NCBI GenBank assembly: GCA_963666275.2
Contig: CAXXOA010000001.1
Span: 288,001-352,000 of the forward strand
Length of the DNA stretch: 64,000 bases
Direction of reading: 5' to 3'
Source: Oceanispirochaeta sp.
GTDB taxonomy: Bacteria > Spirochaetota > Spirochaetia > DSM-2461
Each line of letters opens with the position of its first letter. Position 1 is the first letter of the stretch. A program made the translations under genes and the position numbers. The notes under the pieces are model-generated. The model made no database searches and was not told the origin of the DNA. It worked only from the letters and a program-made list of their open reading frames with translations. Shown in pieces: positions 9,181 to 19,194 of this stretch.

Positions 9181-10848
9181 TCAATTATCTTCAGAATCGG
9201 GCGAATAAAAAAATGAGTGGAATTCAGCCCATGCGGTTCTTCTGTCCAGATCGATCACGCACATCCCCGTAAAAGTTCCATCGAAGGCGCCCGGACCGTT
9301 ATTGGTAAACTCATCGGATAAAACCGTGGCATCATAAGTCCCGCCGATTCTTACGGGAGGACAGCCGGGTCGCGAATAGGAGAAATTCAGTGACTGCTTC
9401 CGCAAAGAGGCTGTTAAAGTCCAAGGTCCCGCTTCAGGCAAAGCTGTTCTGGCTTCTTCGTACTTTGAGCCGTTCAAACTGATCATCAGCCCCAGACAGG
9501 GAATGCCGAGAGTCTCGCTGTAATAGCGGCGCAGAAAATAGAAGGTCCTGCTGCCTGTCAGGAGGATGAGCCCTGCCATCTGTCTGCTGGCCACGGGCTG
9601 AAAATCGAGCACCGTTTCCATACGGCAGGAGAAATGCTGGATTCTACGGGCAATCAGGGAAAAATCATGGGACGAATAGGGGGAGTTCCTCCCTCTGAGA
9701 CTGAGGACTCCGGGGGTTCTGTCCAGAGAACACCATGTCTTTTCGGGCCTGTCTTTCAGACTGACAAATTCCACCGGCATTCGGCCTTCGGAAAAGCTGG
9801 TTCTGCCGCTGGCTGTGACATCAGTTGCATTGGTTTCCTTCATCATCAGATCTATTTTGTCCGAAGGGAAGGGCGGTGTCCGGGCCAGTTCGGGCCATCC
9901 CTCATGCCAGAGGATTTTCTGTACCGCCGTTTCACGGTTGAGTATACAGCGCTGCTGGGGCATGACTGGGCGGGCGCAGAGATGAAAGAGAAGGCTCTCT
10001 CCCTCTTCCGTATCTATGATCGATCCATGACCGGCTTTCTGAAGAGTCAGCAGGGGGTTGTAGAACCGGGGTTTTAAAAAATCAGGATCACTGTCTATTA
10101 CTCCTGGAGCGGGATCCGGGCGGGAGGTCAGGAGAGGACCCCGGGGCGAGTCCTCATAGGGGCCGGTAATACTCCTGGAGCGGGAGATTTTTACAGCATG
10201 TCCGTATCCTGTTCCCCCTTCTGCGGTGATCAGGTAGTAGTAACCCTCTCTTTTAATGATATGGGGGCCTTCGGTACAGCCGAACAGGGGATCTCCCCTG
10301 TAGAGTATGACGGATTCCCCTGTGAGCTTCCTTGATTCGGCATCAAATTCCTGAAGTATGATAGGACCCGGATGAGAGTATCCCTGCCTGAACTCCCAGG
10401 CCAGGTTCAGCAGCCAGGATCTGCCGTCCTCATCATGGAAAAGAGAGGGATCGAATCCGCTGGAATTCAGATACACCGGATCAGACCAGGGGCCTGTGAT
10501 CTCCGGGGAGGTTACCAGATAGTTGTTCAGATCAAAAAAAGAACTGCTCAGGGATTTTACATCCGTATATACAAGATAGAACAATCCGGTTCTATTGTTG
10601 AAACTAATCTGGGGAGCCCATATCCCGCAGGAATCGGGGTTGCCCCTAAGGTCGAGCTGCTCTTTTCTGTCGAGTAGATGCCCTTTGAGTGTCCAGTTTT
10701 TCAAGTCCCTCGAGTGATAGAGGGGGACTCCGGGAAACCAGTTGAATGAACTGGTTATGATATAATAGTCCCGGCCGACACGGATAGCCGATGGATCGGC
10801 ATTAAAACCGGGAAGTATGGGATTTTTGATTGTGAGAATCTTTTTCAT
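9181..10848 (-). CDS. GH43 beta-xylosidase/arabinofuranosidase with C-terminal beta-sandwich
   Basis: NPILPGFNADPS, WAP, GFDPSLF, EGPH, AEGGTG..H. Confidence 0.9.
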   Translation of the reverse strand: MKKILTIKNPILPGFNADPSAIRVGRDYYIITSSFNWFPGVPLYHSRDLKNWTLKGHLLDRKEQLDLRGNPDSCGIWAPQISFNNRTGLFYLVYTDVKSLSSSFFDLNNYLVTSPEITGPWSDPVYLNSSGFDPSLFHDEDGRSWLLNLAWEFRQGYSHPGPIILQEFDAESRKLTGESVILYRGDPLFGCTEGPHIIKREGYYYLITAEGGTGYGHAVKISRSRSITGPYEDSPRGPLLTSRPDPAPGVIDSDPDFLKPRFYNPLLTLQKAGHGSIIDTEEGESLLFHLCARPVMPQQRCILNRETAVQKILWHEGWPELARTPPFPSDKIDLMMKETNATDVTASGRTSFSEGRMPVEFVSLKDRPEKTWCSLDRTPGVLSLRGRNSPYSSHDFSLIARRIQHFSCRMETVLDFQPVASRQMAGLILLTGSRTFYFLRRYYSETLGIPCLGLMISLNGSKYEEARTALPEAGPWTLTASLRKQSLNFSYSRPGCPPVRIGGTYDATVLSDEFTNNGPGAFDGTFTGMCVIDLDRRTAWAEFHSFFYSPDSEDN

Positions 10849-10852
10849 GGGA

Positions 10853-11683
10853 CTAACCCTTTACTGATCCGGCAGTGACCCCGGCAATAATCCGCTTTGA
10901 AAAAATAAAATATAGAATAATGGGGATAACCGCTACGATAACCATACAGGCAAACTGTACCGCATAGTCCGAGGCATATTCCCCTTCAAAGCGGATGATG
11001 GAAAAGGGAAGCGTCCTTTTGGTTTCAGTCGCCAGATAGGTATTAGCCATAATAAACTCATTCCAGCTATTGATGAACGCCATGATTCCCACAGTCACAA
11101 ATCCGGGTTTGGCCATTGGAGCAATGATCCTCAGAAGGATCGTTCCGAGACCCGCACCGTCCAGATAAGCCGATTCCTCCATGGCATAGGGTAGGGAATG
11201 GAGAAAACCTGTGAACATTAGTACACTGAAAGCAAGAAAGAATGCTGTATAGGGAATAATCAGTCCTAACCGCGTATCAATAAGGCCGAATCGCTGAAAC
11301 CAGACAAAGTTGGGAAGCAGAGTCGTATGTATCGGTATAACCATTCCCAGCAGGACAAAATTGTAAATAACTTTTCTCAGTTTCCATCTCATACGGCTGC
11401 AGGCGTATGCTATGGTAAAAGAGAGAAACAGAATCAGCAGGATCGAAAAGCTTACCACAATGACGCTGTTTAAGAGGTACTGGGGAATCCGTCCGTCCGT
11501 CCAGGCTCTCAGATAGTTCCCCCATTGGGGAGTTTCGGGAATATCAAAAAGCTTCTGACCGAAAAGATTGGAACTCTTCTGAAGTGAGTAGTTGAACAGC
11601 CAGAAAAGGGGGAACAACTGGGCAAGAGCTATGAGTATAAGAAAGATAAAGATTATAATCTGTCCGATGGATAGTTTTTTCAT
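10853..11683 (-). CDS. Carbohydrate ABC transporter permease
   Basis: EESAYLDGA loop, WNEF, C-terminal G.T.GSVKG. Confidence 0.93.
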   Translation of the reverse strand: MKKLSIGQIIIFIFLILIALAQLFPLFWLFNYSLQKSSNLFGQKLFDIPETPQWGNYLRAWTDGRIPQYLLNSVIVVSFSILLILFLSFTIAYACSRMRWKLRKVIYNFVLLGMVIPIHTTLLPNFVWFQRFGLIDTRLGLIIPYTAFFLAFSVLMFTGFLHSLPYAMEESAYLDGAGLGTILLRIIAPMAKPGFVTVGIMAFINSWNEFIMANTYLATETKRTLPFSIIRFEGEYASDYAVQFACMVIVAVIPIILYFIFSKRIIAGVTAGSVKG

Positions 11684-11686
11684 GCC

Positions 11687-12580
11687 TTACTCCTCAAGAT
11701 TCTCATTGGCCCTGGAGAGGTATTTCTGGGCCAGCAGGGTGATAGTCAGAGCAACGATCACAAATACAATAGAAATTGCATTCCCATAGCCGTAGCGGGA
11801 GTAGCGGAAGGCCTGTTCATAGAGGTGGTAGGCCACGAACTGAGTCAGGTTTCCCGGGCCGCCTTCGGTTGAAAGCAGAACAATTTCCATCTGCTTCAGG
11901 CAGGATGTTATGTCTATAATTATGACAGCCTGAATGACAGGCAGCATGTAGGGTATTATCACTGACGTATAACGTCTAACCGGTCCTGCCCCGTCCATAA
12001 CTGCGGCCTCGTGAAGTTCTTTCGGGACTGTTGTCAGACCTGAGTAATAGAACAGAAGCGCCCAGCCGAAGCCGTGCCAGACTGTTATGAAAATTATAGA
12101 TCCCAGAGCTGTTTTCGGATCGCTTATCCAGCTGTGCTGCCAGCTTTCCAGCCCTACAGATGCAAGAAGCTTGTTTATAAGTCCGTAATTGGGATTCATA
12201 ATATTGGTCCACAGCTTTGTTATCACCACCACAGTTAAAATGGCGGGTATAAAATATATGGTTCTCAGAAAAAGTGAGTATTTTTCTTTCAATTGATTCA
12301 GAACAGACGCAAGGATAAATGCCAGGGGATTCTGTATGAATACGGTTACGATCAGCAACAGGAATGCGTTCAGAAGGGAACGCCAGAATGTGGCGTCCTG
12401 CAGGATTACTTCCCTGTAGTTTGCCAGGCCTGTGAAGTCTCTGGCCCCGAAACCCGACCAGTCGGTAAAACTGTAATACACACTCAGAAGTATGGGCGCC
12501 ACTATGGCAAAGAGCATAATCAGCACTCCCGGGCCGACAAGCCAGAAAATGGTTCTCTTACTTGTAAATAATTGGTTCAT
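11687..12580 (-). CDS. Carbohydrate ABC transporter permease
   Basis: SFTDW, GLANY, EAAVMDGA loop, GGP, YGYG.A. Confidence 0.93.
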   Translation of the reverse strand: MNQLFTSKRTIFWLVGPGVLIMLFAIVAPILLSVYYSFTDWSGFGARDFTGLANYREVILQDATFWRSLLNAFLLLIVTVFIQNPLAFILASVLNQLKEKYSLFLRTIYFIPAILTVVVITKLWTNIMNPNYGLINKLLASVGLESWQHSWISDPKTALGSIIFITVWHGFGWALLFYYSGLTTVPKELHEAAVMDGAGPVRRYTSVIIPYMLPVIQAVIIIDITSCLKQMEIVLLSTEGGPGNLTQFVAYHLYEQAFRYSRYGYGNAISIVFVIVALTITLLAQKYLSRANENLEE

Positions 12581-12611
12581 TCTTTTAGCCTTTGAAAATC
12601 TTTAAAATAGA

Positions 12612-12635
12612 CTTCCCTGCATTTCTGCAGGGAAG
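12612..12635. other. Intercistronic hairpin after the solute-binding protein gene (likely mRNA stabiliser)
   Basis: CTTCCCTGCA-TTTC-TGCAGGGAAG, a perfect 10-bp stem. Confidence 0.6.
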
Positions 12636-12645
12636 CAGAGGCCGG

Positions 12646-13941
12646 TTATTTAAGAGCTTTCTGGAGAGCTTCGTCCAGAGAGGTGCAGAACTGCTGAGGA
12701 GTAATAATACCGGCAGCAAGGTCTTTGCAGAGTTTTTGATGGGATTCCTTGAAAGCCGCATCCAGCATGTCCAGAGAAGTTGTCCCGCTGGTTGCGCGTG
12801 CGGAACCGCTGATACTCAGAAGATCTTTTGCCAGTTGATTGTCATCGTCGTTGGGTTCGATAGCCTGGGCGGGAAAACCGGCCTGAAGATCCCACATGAT
12901 TTTAGGATATTCCCGGGCATATAATTCCAGATAGTCCATGGCAAGGTCCTCATAATCGCTGTCGGCTTTGACTATATAGTTTCCGCCGTACCAGGCAATC
13001 AGATTGTTTCTCTGATCCTCTCTGCCGGCTATCACTGGGAATTTGGCGGCTCTGACATTTGTACGAAACCTTTCCGAGAAGTTTTCATCGCTGGCCATAC
13101 CCATTTCCCAGGGGCCCATCAGATACATGGCTGCCTGTTCCTGACCGAAAAGGTTCCGGGAGGCGCCATAATCCGTGGTGACAAGATCATTCCTGAAAAT
13201 ACCGCTTTCATAGAAAATTTCCTGGTAGAGCTCGGCAGCTTTCAGGAATTCAGGATCCGTGAAATGCCTCTTTCCCTGGAGGGCTTCAGACATGACACTG
13301 TAGTCTCCCGTGACTCTCCAGAGAATATTGTCGTAACTGATACTCAGGGGCCAGCCGTCTTTTCCGTCAGTAACCGCCGGGATGTATCCGGCTGCGGAGA
13401 GTGCAGCCGCTGCGGACTTCATTTCGGTAAATGTGGTAGGGACGTCTATTCCCACTTCGTCAAAAATCGCTTTATTATAAAACACAACCCAGAAGTCTGC
13501 CGTCAGGGGAATTCCGTACAGTTCTCCGCCGTAAACATTTCCCTCCAGAGCGCCGGGCATCCAGGGCAGGGACGCAAAACGCCTTCTGTCCAGGGGTTCC
13601 ACCATCCTACTGTCAACTAGTGGTTTCAGCAGTGTGGAAAAACTCCAGTATTTCATAATATCCGGAAGCTGTCCGGCAGTGGCGTATATCTTGATTTTCT
13701 GCTGATAGGGCTGATCCTGATAGCTTTCCACATCAAATGATACTTCCGGATGCTGTTTAATGAATTCTCTGTTGATGGCTTCCGCTACCGCACCGAGCCC
13801 TACAGTTCTATCGGGCAGATTATCCCCCATTTTAATAACCACCGAATCACCGGCGGCATCACTCTGACCCGAAGCAAAAAGAAACCCTGTCGAAAGCAGC
13901 AGAACCAGTGAAAAGACTAGTGTTTTCATCCGATACTTCAT
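12646..13941 (-). CDS. Sugar ABC transporter solute-binding protein
   Basis: Signal ending LFASGQS; G.LPDI, YGIP, FYNK.IF, AAMY.MG.W; AGGAG RBS. Confidence 0.9.
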   Translation of the reverse strand: MKYRMKTLVFSLVLLLSTGFLFASGQSDAAGDSVVIKMGDNLPDRTVGLGAVAEAINREFIKQHPEVSFDVESYQDQPYQQKIKIYATAGQLPDIMKYWSFSTLLKPLVDSRMVEPLDRRRFASLPWMPGALEGNVYGGELYGIPLTADFWVVFYNKAIFDEVGIDVPTTFTEMKSAAAALSAAGYIPAVTDGKDGWPLSISYDNILWRVTGDYSVMSEALQGKRHFTDPEFLKAAELYQEIFYESGIFRNDLVTTDYGASRNLFGQEQAAMYLMGPWEMGMASDENFSERFRTNVRAAKFPVIAGREDQRNNLIAWYGGNYIVKADSDYEDLAMDYLELYAREYPKIMWDLQAGFPAQAIEPNDDDNQLAKDLLSISGSARATSGTTSLDMLDAAFKESHQKLCKDLAAGIITPQQFCTSLDEALQKALK

Positions 13942-14073
13942 TGAAATTCTCCTTTGTGTCACTGTTTATCCCAAGGCGGAAAACAGTAGAAATGATTTGA
14001 TCTGTTTTCAGATTAACACTGGATTTCCTATCCAGAAATGAATCTGGTTATGGTTTCTTGATCTTTTGAATGA

Positions 14074-15243
14074 TTAGTTCTTCCCTTGGGAGGCATACCT
14101 GTTGGGGGTCATTCCTGTGGCTTTTTTGAAAATCCTTGAAAAGTGCTCTACATTGGGATATCCGACATTTTCACTGATTTCATAAACTTTAAGATTGGTT
14201 GCCAGAAGAAGTTCCTTTGCCTGATCCACCCTTACTTTCGTCACATAATCTCTGAAAGTGATTCCCGTTTCTTTATGGAACTGAGAACTCAGATGGGGTT
14301 TGCTGACTTCGACAAAGGAGCTGACTTCCTCCAGGGACAAGGTGGAGGAGGCAAAGTTTTTTTTGATGAATTTTTTCGCTTTTCTTATAATCCTACTCTC
14401 GATGGCCGGGAGGGAGCGTACATAACTGTATTGTCCGGGAATATCCTGGAGGGTTTCGCACTGACAGCTTATAGCATAATCCAGAGAGATATCCATACCA
14501 TTCTGTATGATTTCCAAAAAGTCCCGGCAAAAGGATTCGCAGGTGTTTATTGCGGATTCCAGGCCCTTTTCGACAGAGATTAGAAAAAAAAACTCGCCCT
14601 TTTCTGTCAGAAAAAATGTAACGGTCATCTCTCTTTTTTTCAGAAACTGGGATGCCTGCAGTTTGAGCATTTCCCTCTGAGTTTCCTGAATCGTCTCATT
14701 GCCCCACATATAGCAGAGACGGATCGGCGGCTGGATCCGGATCCCCAGATCTGCCAGGACAGGGAGGGTTATTTCAGGATTCCGGTTTTCAAAAAGGTCC
14801 ATAAGGAGCCTTTGTTTCAGATAGTTCAGGTCTTTTGTATTTAGGGCTGATGTACTGATACCGGAGGGGGAAATCTCATCCTTTTTTCTATTCAGAAGGT
14901 CAAGAAGAGTCGTTTCATCCAGATCTGATTTTAGAATGTAATCAAGAGCTCTCAGTTGAAATGCTTCTCTCACATAGGAATAGTTGTCATTGGCACTGAG
15001 GACTATGACATGGGGAGGGTTCTCCCATTTTTCAAGTTCTCTTAGAAATTCCAGTCCGTCCATGACGGGCATTTGAATGTCCAGCAGGATCAGATCCACA
15101 GTATTATTCCGAAGTTGAAACAGGGCGTCTCTCCCGTCAGAGGCTTCACAGGAAAAGGTAAATCCGTGTTCTTCCCAGTTCAGAAAAGACTGGATCGAAG
15201 CTCTGACAAGGGGTTCATCATCTACGATCATCAGGGATAACAT
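14074..15243 (-). CDS. YesN-like response regulator (receiver + AraC HTH)
   Basis: IVDDE, LDIQMP.MDG, DYILK; C-terminal AraC (VGY.N..HFSR.FKK.TG.TP). Confidence 0.92.
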   Translation of the reverse strand: MLSLMIVDDEPLVRASIQSFLNWEEHGFTFSCEASDGRDALFQLRNNTVDLILLDIQMPVMDGLEFLRELEKWENPPHVIVLSANDNYSYVREAFQLRALDYILKSDLDETTLLDLLNRKKDEISPSGISTSALNTKDLNYLKQRLLMDLFENRNPEITLPVLADLGIRIQPPIRLCYMWGNETIQETQREMLKLQASQFLKKREMTVTFFLTEKGEFFFLISVEKGLESAINTCESFCRDFLEIIQNGMDISLDYAISCQCETLQDIPGQYSYVRSLPAIESRIIRKAKKFIKKNFASSTLSLEEVSSFVEVSKPHLSSQFHKETGITFRDYVTKVRVDQAKELLLATNLKVYEISENVGYPNVEHFSRIFKKATGMTPNRYASQGKN

Positions 15244-16996
15244 CAGAAATCTCCTTATTCAGCGGCAGGTAAATATCCGTGCGGGTATAAAAATCCGGAC
15301 GGCTTCTCATTAAAAGACCGTATTCCTCTCCGTAATTCAGCTTGATTCGTCTATTCACATTATATATACCAATTCTCGTGAGGGTTCCCGCAGGGGAGGA
15401 GTCGGGTTTAACAGGGAAAGGATTTTCTTTCAGATCCACCCCGCACCCGTTATCACATATTCTCAAAAGCAGTTTCTTTTCCTTTCCTATGGCGTGGATT
15501 TGTATCAGTATATAGCCTTTCCCCTTTTTCCGGGAAAATCCATGGATAATAGAATTTTCAATGATAGGCTGAAGCAGCATTTTCAGAATGGAATAGGATG
15601 CCAGTTCCGGGGCTATGGAAAAGCGGAGCTCAATAGGAGTACTGAAGCGTACCTTCATAATGTGGACATAGCTCTCCAGGGATTTCATCTCTTCCTGCAG
15701 AGTCGTCTTATTTCCCTCTCCCCGAAAACTGTCATTTATGATCTGCATTAACGAAGATGTCATATTTTTAATGTTTTCATTTTTTTTCACCACAGCCATA
15801 AGTCGGATGGCATTCAGAGTATTGGCAACAAAATGAGGATTGATCTGATACTGTAGAGCCTGAAGTTCAAGAAGGCTCTTTTCCCTGTCTATACTGGTCT
15901 GTTTTTCTGTCAGTTCCCTTACCTGATTTATCATTCTGTTGAAACTGTGAAACAGATGATTCAATTCCGGCTGATCCGGAACCTGAACCCTGACAGCATA
16001 ATCTCCTTTTTCTACAAGCTGCATTTTTTCAATAAGCATGTTGAGAGGAGATATCATGTTATGAAAAAAGAAAAACGTATACAGAATAAAAAAGATGAAC
16101 AGAACAGCAAAAATAAGATAGAAGAAGCGCCGAATCCTGTAAAAGGGTTGGAGAAAGGCATGAATATCTATGACATGATGGAGAGTCCAATCGGTACTCT
16201 CTATTGTAGAGGTCAGAACCAGCCATCTTGATCTATCTGTTTTTCCATTACTTTCAGGATTTTCCAGAGAGTCCACCATGCTATTTCCTTGCGGTGCCAG
16301 AATAACATTTCCCTCAGCATCGGTCAGATAGGAAAACTGCTGAAGTGAGGAGCTGCTGTAAATCTTATTGAGTATTTTTATCTTATAGGCAAACAGGACT
16401 TTTTCAATGGAAAGCCCGTTTTCTGTCGGCCCCGGATGAACCGCCAGATAGAGGAGGGGATCTTCGGATTCCCCGGGACTATTCCTGTAGATATTGAAAA
16501 AATCGTCCGAGATATGGACTACACCTCTGGTTTCTTCAACTGATTTCAGCAGACGTTCATCCGGAAGCGGATTCTCCGGCAGATTCGCAATCATTGGGAA
16601 GTTCCGGAACAGAAAGACTGGTTTGTTCCTTGTATAGACGAAAACAATTCCCACTTTACTTGTGTAAAGGAACAGGCGGCTCAGTTCCAGATCCAGAGCT
16701 TCGCTCTGTCTGTATATATCCTGCGGATCCACGGCGCTGTCGTAAAGGTCGCAGACCACTTTAAAGTTATCATTATGGATCAGAGCACTGGAGAGTATAG
16801 AGACTGATGCGATTTCATTGTTGAGATTGGATGCTATCTGATTTACTGTTTCCTGCATTTGGATCTTTGTCAGATCACTCTGATACCGGCTGTATGTGAC
16901 ACTAGTGATGAAGGTGAAGATAAAAACGGGGGCAATGACAAGCAGGAGGAAACTGAGTAGGTATTTGATGGATAGAGTGTGAATCTTCAGGTTCAT
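15218..16996 (-). CDS. YesM-like sensor histidine kinase
   Basis: Two TM segments, HAMP, LQ.QINPHF..NTL, LQP.IEN.I.HG, DNG.G. Confidence 0.92.
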   Translation of the reverse strand: MNLKIHTLSIKYLLSFLLLVIAPVFIFTFITSVTYSRYQSDLTKIQMQETVNQIASNLNNEIASVSILSSALIHNDNFKVVCDLYDSAVDPQDIYRQSEALDLELSRLFLYTSKVGIVFVYTRNKPVFLFRNFPMIANLPENPLPDERLLKSVEETRGVVHISDDFFNIYRNSPGESEDPLLYLAVHPGPTENGLSIEKVLFAYKIKILNKIYSSSSLQQFSYLTDAEGNVILAPQGNSMVDSLENPESNGKTDRSRWLVLTSTIESTDWTLHHVIDIHAFLQPFYRIRRFFYLIFAVLFIFFILYTFFFFHNMISPLNMLIEKMQLVEKGDYAVRVQVPDQPELNHLFHSFNRMINQVRELTEKQTSIDREKSLLELQALQYQINPHFVANTLNAIRLMAVVKKNENIKNMTSSLMQIINDSFRGEGNKTTLQEEMKSLESYVHIMKVRFSTPIELRFSIAPELASYSILKMLLQPIIENSIIHGFSRKKGKGYILIQIHAIGKEKKLLLRICDNGCGVDLKENPFPVKPDSSPAGTLTRIGIYNVNRRIKLNYGEEYGLLMRSRPDFYTRTDIYLPLNKEISDVIPDDRR

Positions 16997-17101
16997 TTAT
17001 GATTTGTCTCTCATAATATCATCCGATTTATGATTTAACAAATACAGTCTTTACTTTCTTTCCGGGCCTCCCTCTCAGAGGAGATGTATAGGCTTGATCT
17101 T

Positions 17102-17147
17102 AAAAAAAAAAGCTGCAACTAACCCTTTCGGATCTGTAGCAGCTTTT
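17102..17147 (-). terminator. Intrinsic terminator of the AOR-tat operon
   Basis: AAAAGCTGC...GCAGCTTTT stem with an A10 tract (U-tract on the minus strand). Confidence 0.75.
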
Positions 17148-17181
17148 CTTAAATCAGACGAATTCCGATTAAAGTGAGAAA

Positions 17182-17364
17182 TTAATCTTTCTTTTCTTTT
17201 GTTTCTTCAGACTTACCGTCCAGCTCGGATGAACCTTCTTCCATTCCGTCTTTGAACTCTTTCTTGGCTTTACCGAGATTTCTTGCAAACTTGGGAATAG
17301 CCGAAGCTCCGAAAAGGAGTACAACAACTCCTCCGATTACCATGACTTCTGTTGTTCCTAACAT
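17182..17364 (-). CDS. tatA: Twin-arginine translocase TatA
   Basis: 60 aa; TM ending LLFG, amphipathic helix IP..AR.LGKA.KEFK. Confidence 0.92.
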   Translation of the reverse strand: MLGTTEVMVIGGVVVLLFGASAIPKFARNLGKAKKEFKDGMEEGSSELDGKSEETKEKKD

Positions 17365-17366
17365 AA

Positions 17367-17735
17367 TTATGACTCCTTCTGTTCATCCGGCTTCTCCCCG
17401 GATGAATCGCTTTTATTTATTATTGGGGACGTATCCTCTTTCTTTTCAGTTAAATCATTCGGGTTAAAGGATAAATCCTTTTTAAGGGCTGTATCAAAAT
17501 TCGCGACTTCGCTCCGCATTCTTGCGTTCATCGCCCGGATCTCTTTCATCTCTTCATCGATCCCGATCTCTTTTTCAATATTCATGGCTTCTTTCTTCAC
17601 CATGGTATAATAGTAGTAGACCCTTGCCCATACTTTTCCGATTTTCCGGAAGATCATCGGCAGTTCCTGGGGTTTTACAAATATGAGCAGCAAAGCTGCA
17701 ATTATCAGTATTTCCTGAAAACCTATTCCGTTCAT
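17367..17735 (-). CDS. tatB: Twin-arginine translocase TatB
   Basis: IGFQEILII..LL....P.ELP...R.IGK; lies between tatC and tatA. Confidence 0.85.
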   Translation of the reverse strand: MNGIGFQEILIIAALLLIFVKPQELPMIFRKIGKVWARVYYYYTMVKKEAMNIEKEIGIDEEMKEIRAMNARMRSEVANFDTALKKDLSFNPNDLTEKKEDTSPIINKSDSSGEKPDEQKES

Positions 17736-18514
17736 TGACTAACCTCTTCTCCTTCTCCGAACCGGAATATCTTGGCCACCAGAATAGCACAGAAATAAAG
17801 AATGATCAGCGGGGTGGAGATGATACACTGGGAAATAAAATCCGGAGGCGTTATGATGGCCGCTGCGATAAATACAAGGACAATCACAAAGCGGCTGGCC
17901 TTAAAAAGAGCTTTCCGGGAGAACACATTTAAAATCAGCAGAACCTCCAGAAGGATGGGGAACTGAAAACTCAGCATGATCATCAGGATAAACCGGAAAA
18001 TATAGAGAACGTTTTTCTGATAGTTCAGCATAAATCCCACATTCTCGGGGAGAAAGCCGCTGCTTGTGAAAAACTTAACAGTCAGTGGCAGAATGTAGTA
18101 ATAACCGTAGTAAAACCCTACAAGAACCAGCAGGGCCCCACAGACAAGAGCTCCGAAAAGGACATTTTTCTCTTTCCGCCTGAGGGCGGGCAGAGAGAAC
18201 CTGACAATCATGAAAATTATAATGGGAGCGGCCAGGGTCAGTCCGGCCATAACCGATATTTTCAGTTTTGTCAGAAATCCTTCGAAAAGGAAGTTCACAA
18301 AAAGGGTATCTGATGTTTCCAGTCCTTCCATGGTGGAGAAGGGTTCATACAGGAAGTTGATAACCGGGTCGAAAAAATAAAAGGCTACCGCACTGCAGAC
18401 AACAAGAGCGATGATGGAGACAAGGAACACATTCCTCAATTCCCTGATATGGGTCATGATGGGCTGTTCGATTAAAGTTTCCTCTTGAGGATTATTCTTT
18501 TTTTTCTTTTTCAT
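17732..18514 (-). CDS. tatC: Twin-arginine translocase TatC
   Basis: H..ELR, P.L...EK, FQ.P, AA.ITPPD..SQ. Confidence 0.93.
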   Translation of the reverse strand: MKKKKKNNPQEETLIEQPIMTHIRELRNVFLVSIIALVVCSAVAFYFFDPVINFLYEPFSTMEGLETSDTLFVNFLFEGFLTKLKISVMAGLTLAAPIIIFMIVRFSLPALRRKEKNVLFGALVCGALLVLVGFYYGYYYILPLTVKFFTSSGFLPENVGFMLNYQKNVLYIFRFILMIMLSFQFPILLEVLLILNVFSRKALFKASRFVIVLVFIAAAIITPPDFISQCIISTPLIILYFCAILVAKIFRFGEGEEVSQ

Positions 18515-19194
18515 GCCGATGTCGCATCCAGCAGGTAGAAGAAGGGTGAGGCACTCTCAATTCTTCCTATGATCTCTGCATTTCCTTTACTGAGAATGTC
18601 GCAGGCCCGGGTGGTGGCAATGCTGCGGCTTACAAGAAGAGGCAGCCTGCATACAGCGGCTTTTTCCGCAATTTCCGAGTTGATCCTGCCTGAAGAAAAA
18701 TAGATAAGCCCCGCAGGGGAGACATTTTTCCTGACCGCAGCTCCGATGGCTTTATCAAAGGCATTGTGCCTTCCTACATCCTCATAGAGCGCCAGGATTT
18801 CCTTCCCGTCCGAGAGAGCCGCACAATGAATCCCTCCATGGTCCAGGTACTTGGACGCAGAGTTTTTTATCGTATCCGCAAGGCCCTTCACATCCTCCAG
18901 GGACAGATCCCCGGGAAGTGCATCCGGTACCGGCAAAGTATGCTGCTCCCGTTTCAGTTCTACCCGGATATTATCGTATACATGACCGTTTTCTTCGATT
19001 TTTTCAATTATTAACTGGTCTATCTGTTTTTCTGACTGGATCACATCCCGGCAGAAAAGGTGTCCCACAGCCAGCTCTTCCAGAGCCTCGGGGGTACAGA
19101 GGAAGGAATGGTATAAATCATCCCCCAGATAAAGATAGACTTCGCATTCCTCTACCTGAGGACGCATACATTTTGAAATGGAATTTTTTAACAT
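18511..19194 (-). CDS. fdhD: FdhD/NarQ-family pterin-cofactor accessory protein (short, lacking the Cys loop)
   Basis: TP..LEELA.G, GG.H.AAL, EDVGRHNA.DK..G, SGR. Confidence 0.8.
   Translation of the reverse strand: MLKNSISKCMRPQVEECEVYLYLGDDLYHSFLCTPEALEELAVGHLFCRDVIQSEKQIDQLIIEKIEENGHVYDNIRVELKREQHTLPVPDALPGDLSLEDVKGLADTIKNSASKYLDHGGIHCAALSDGKEILALYEDVGRHNAFDKAIGAAVRKNVSPAGLIYFSSGRINSEIAEKAAVCRLPLLVSRSIATTRACDILSKGNAEIIGRIESASPFFYLLDATSA

Noticed and set aside
13917..13926. Operator half-site CTAGTGTTTT (and AAACACTAG near 63598)
   Set aside because: Half-sites only; the first lies within a signal-peptide coding sequence; not enough to add these loci to the GntR regulon
13995..14070. AGATC/AGATT repeats upstream of the SBP gene as response-regulator sites
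   Set aside because: Short and irregularly spaced; cannot be distinguished from chance
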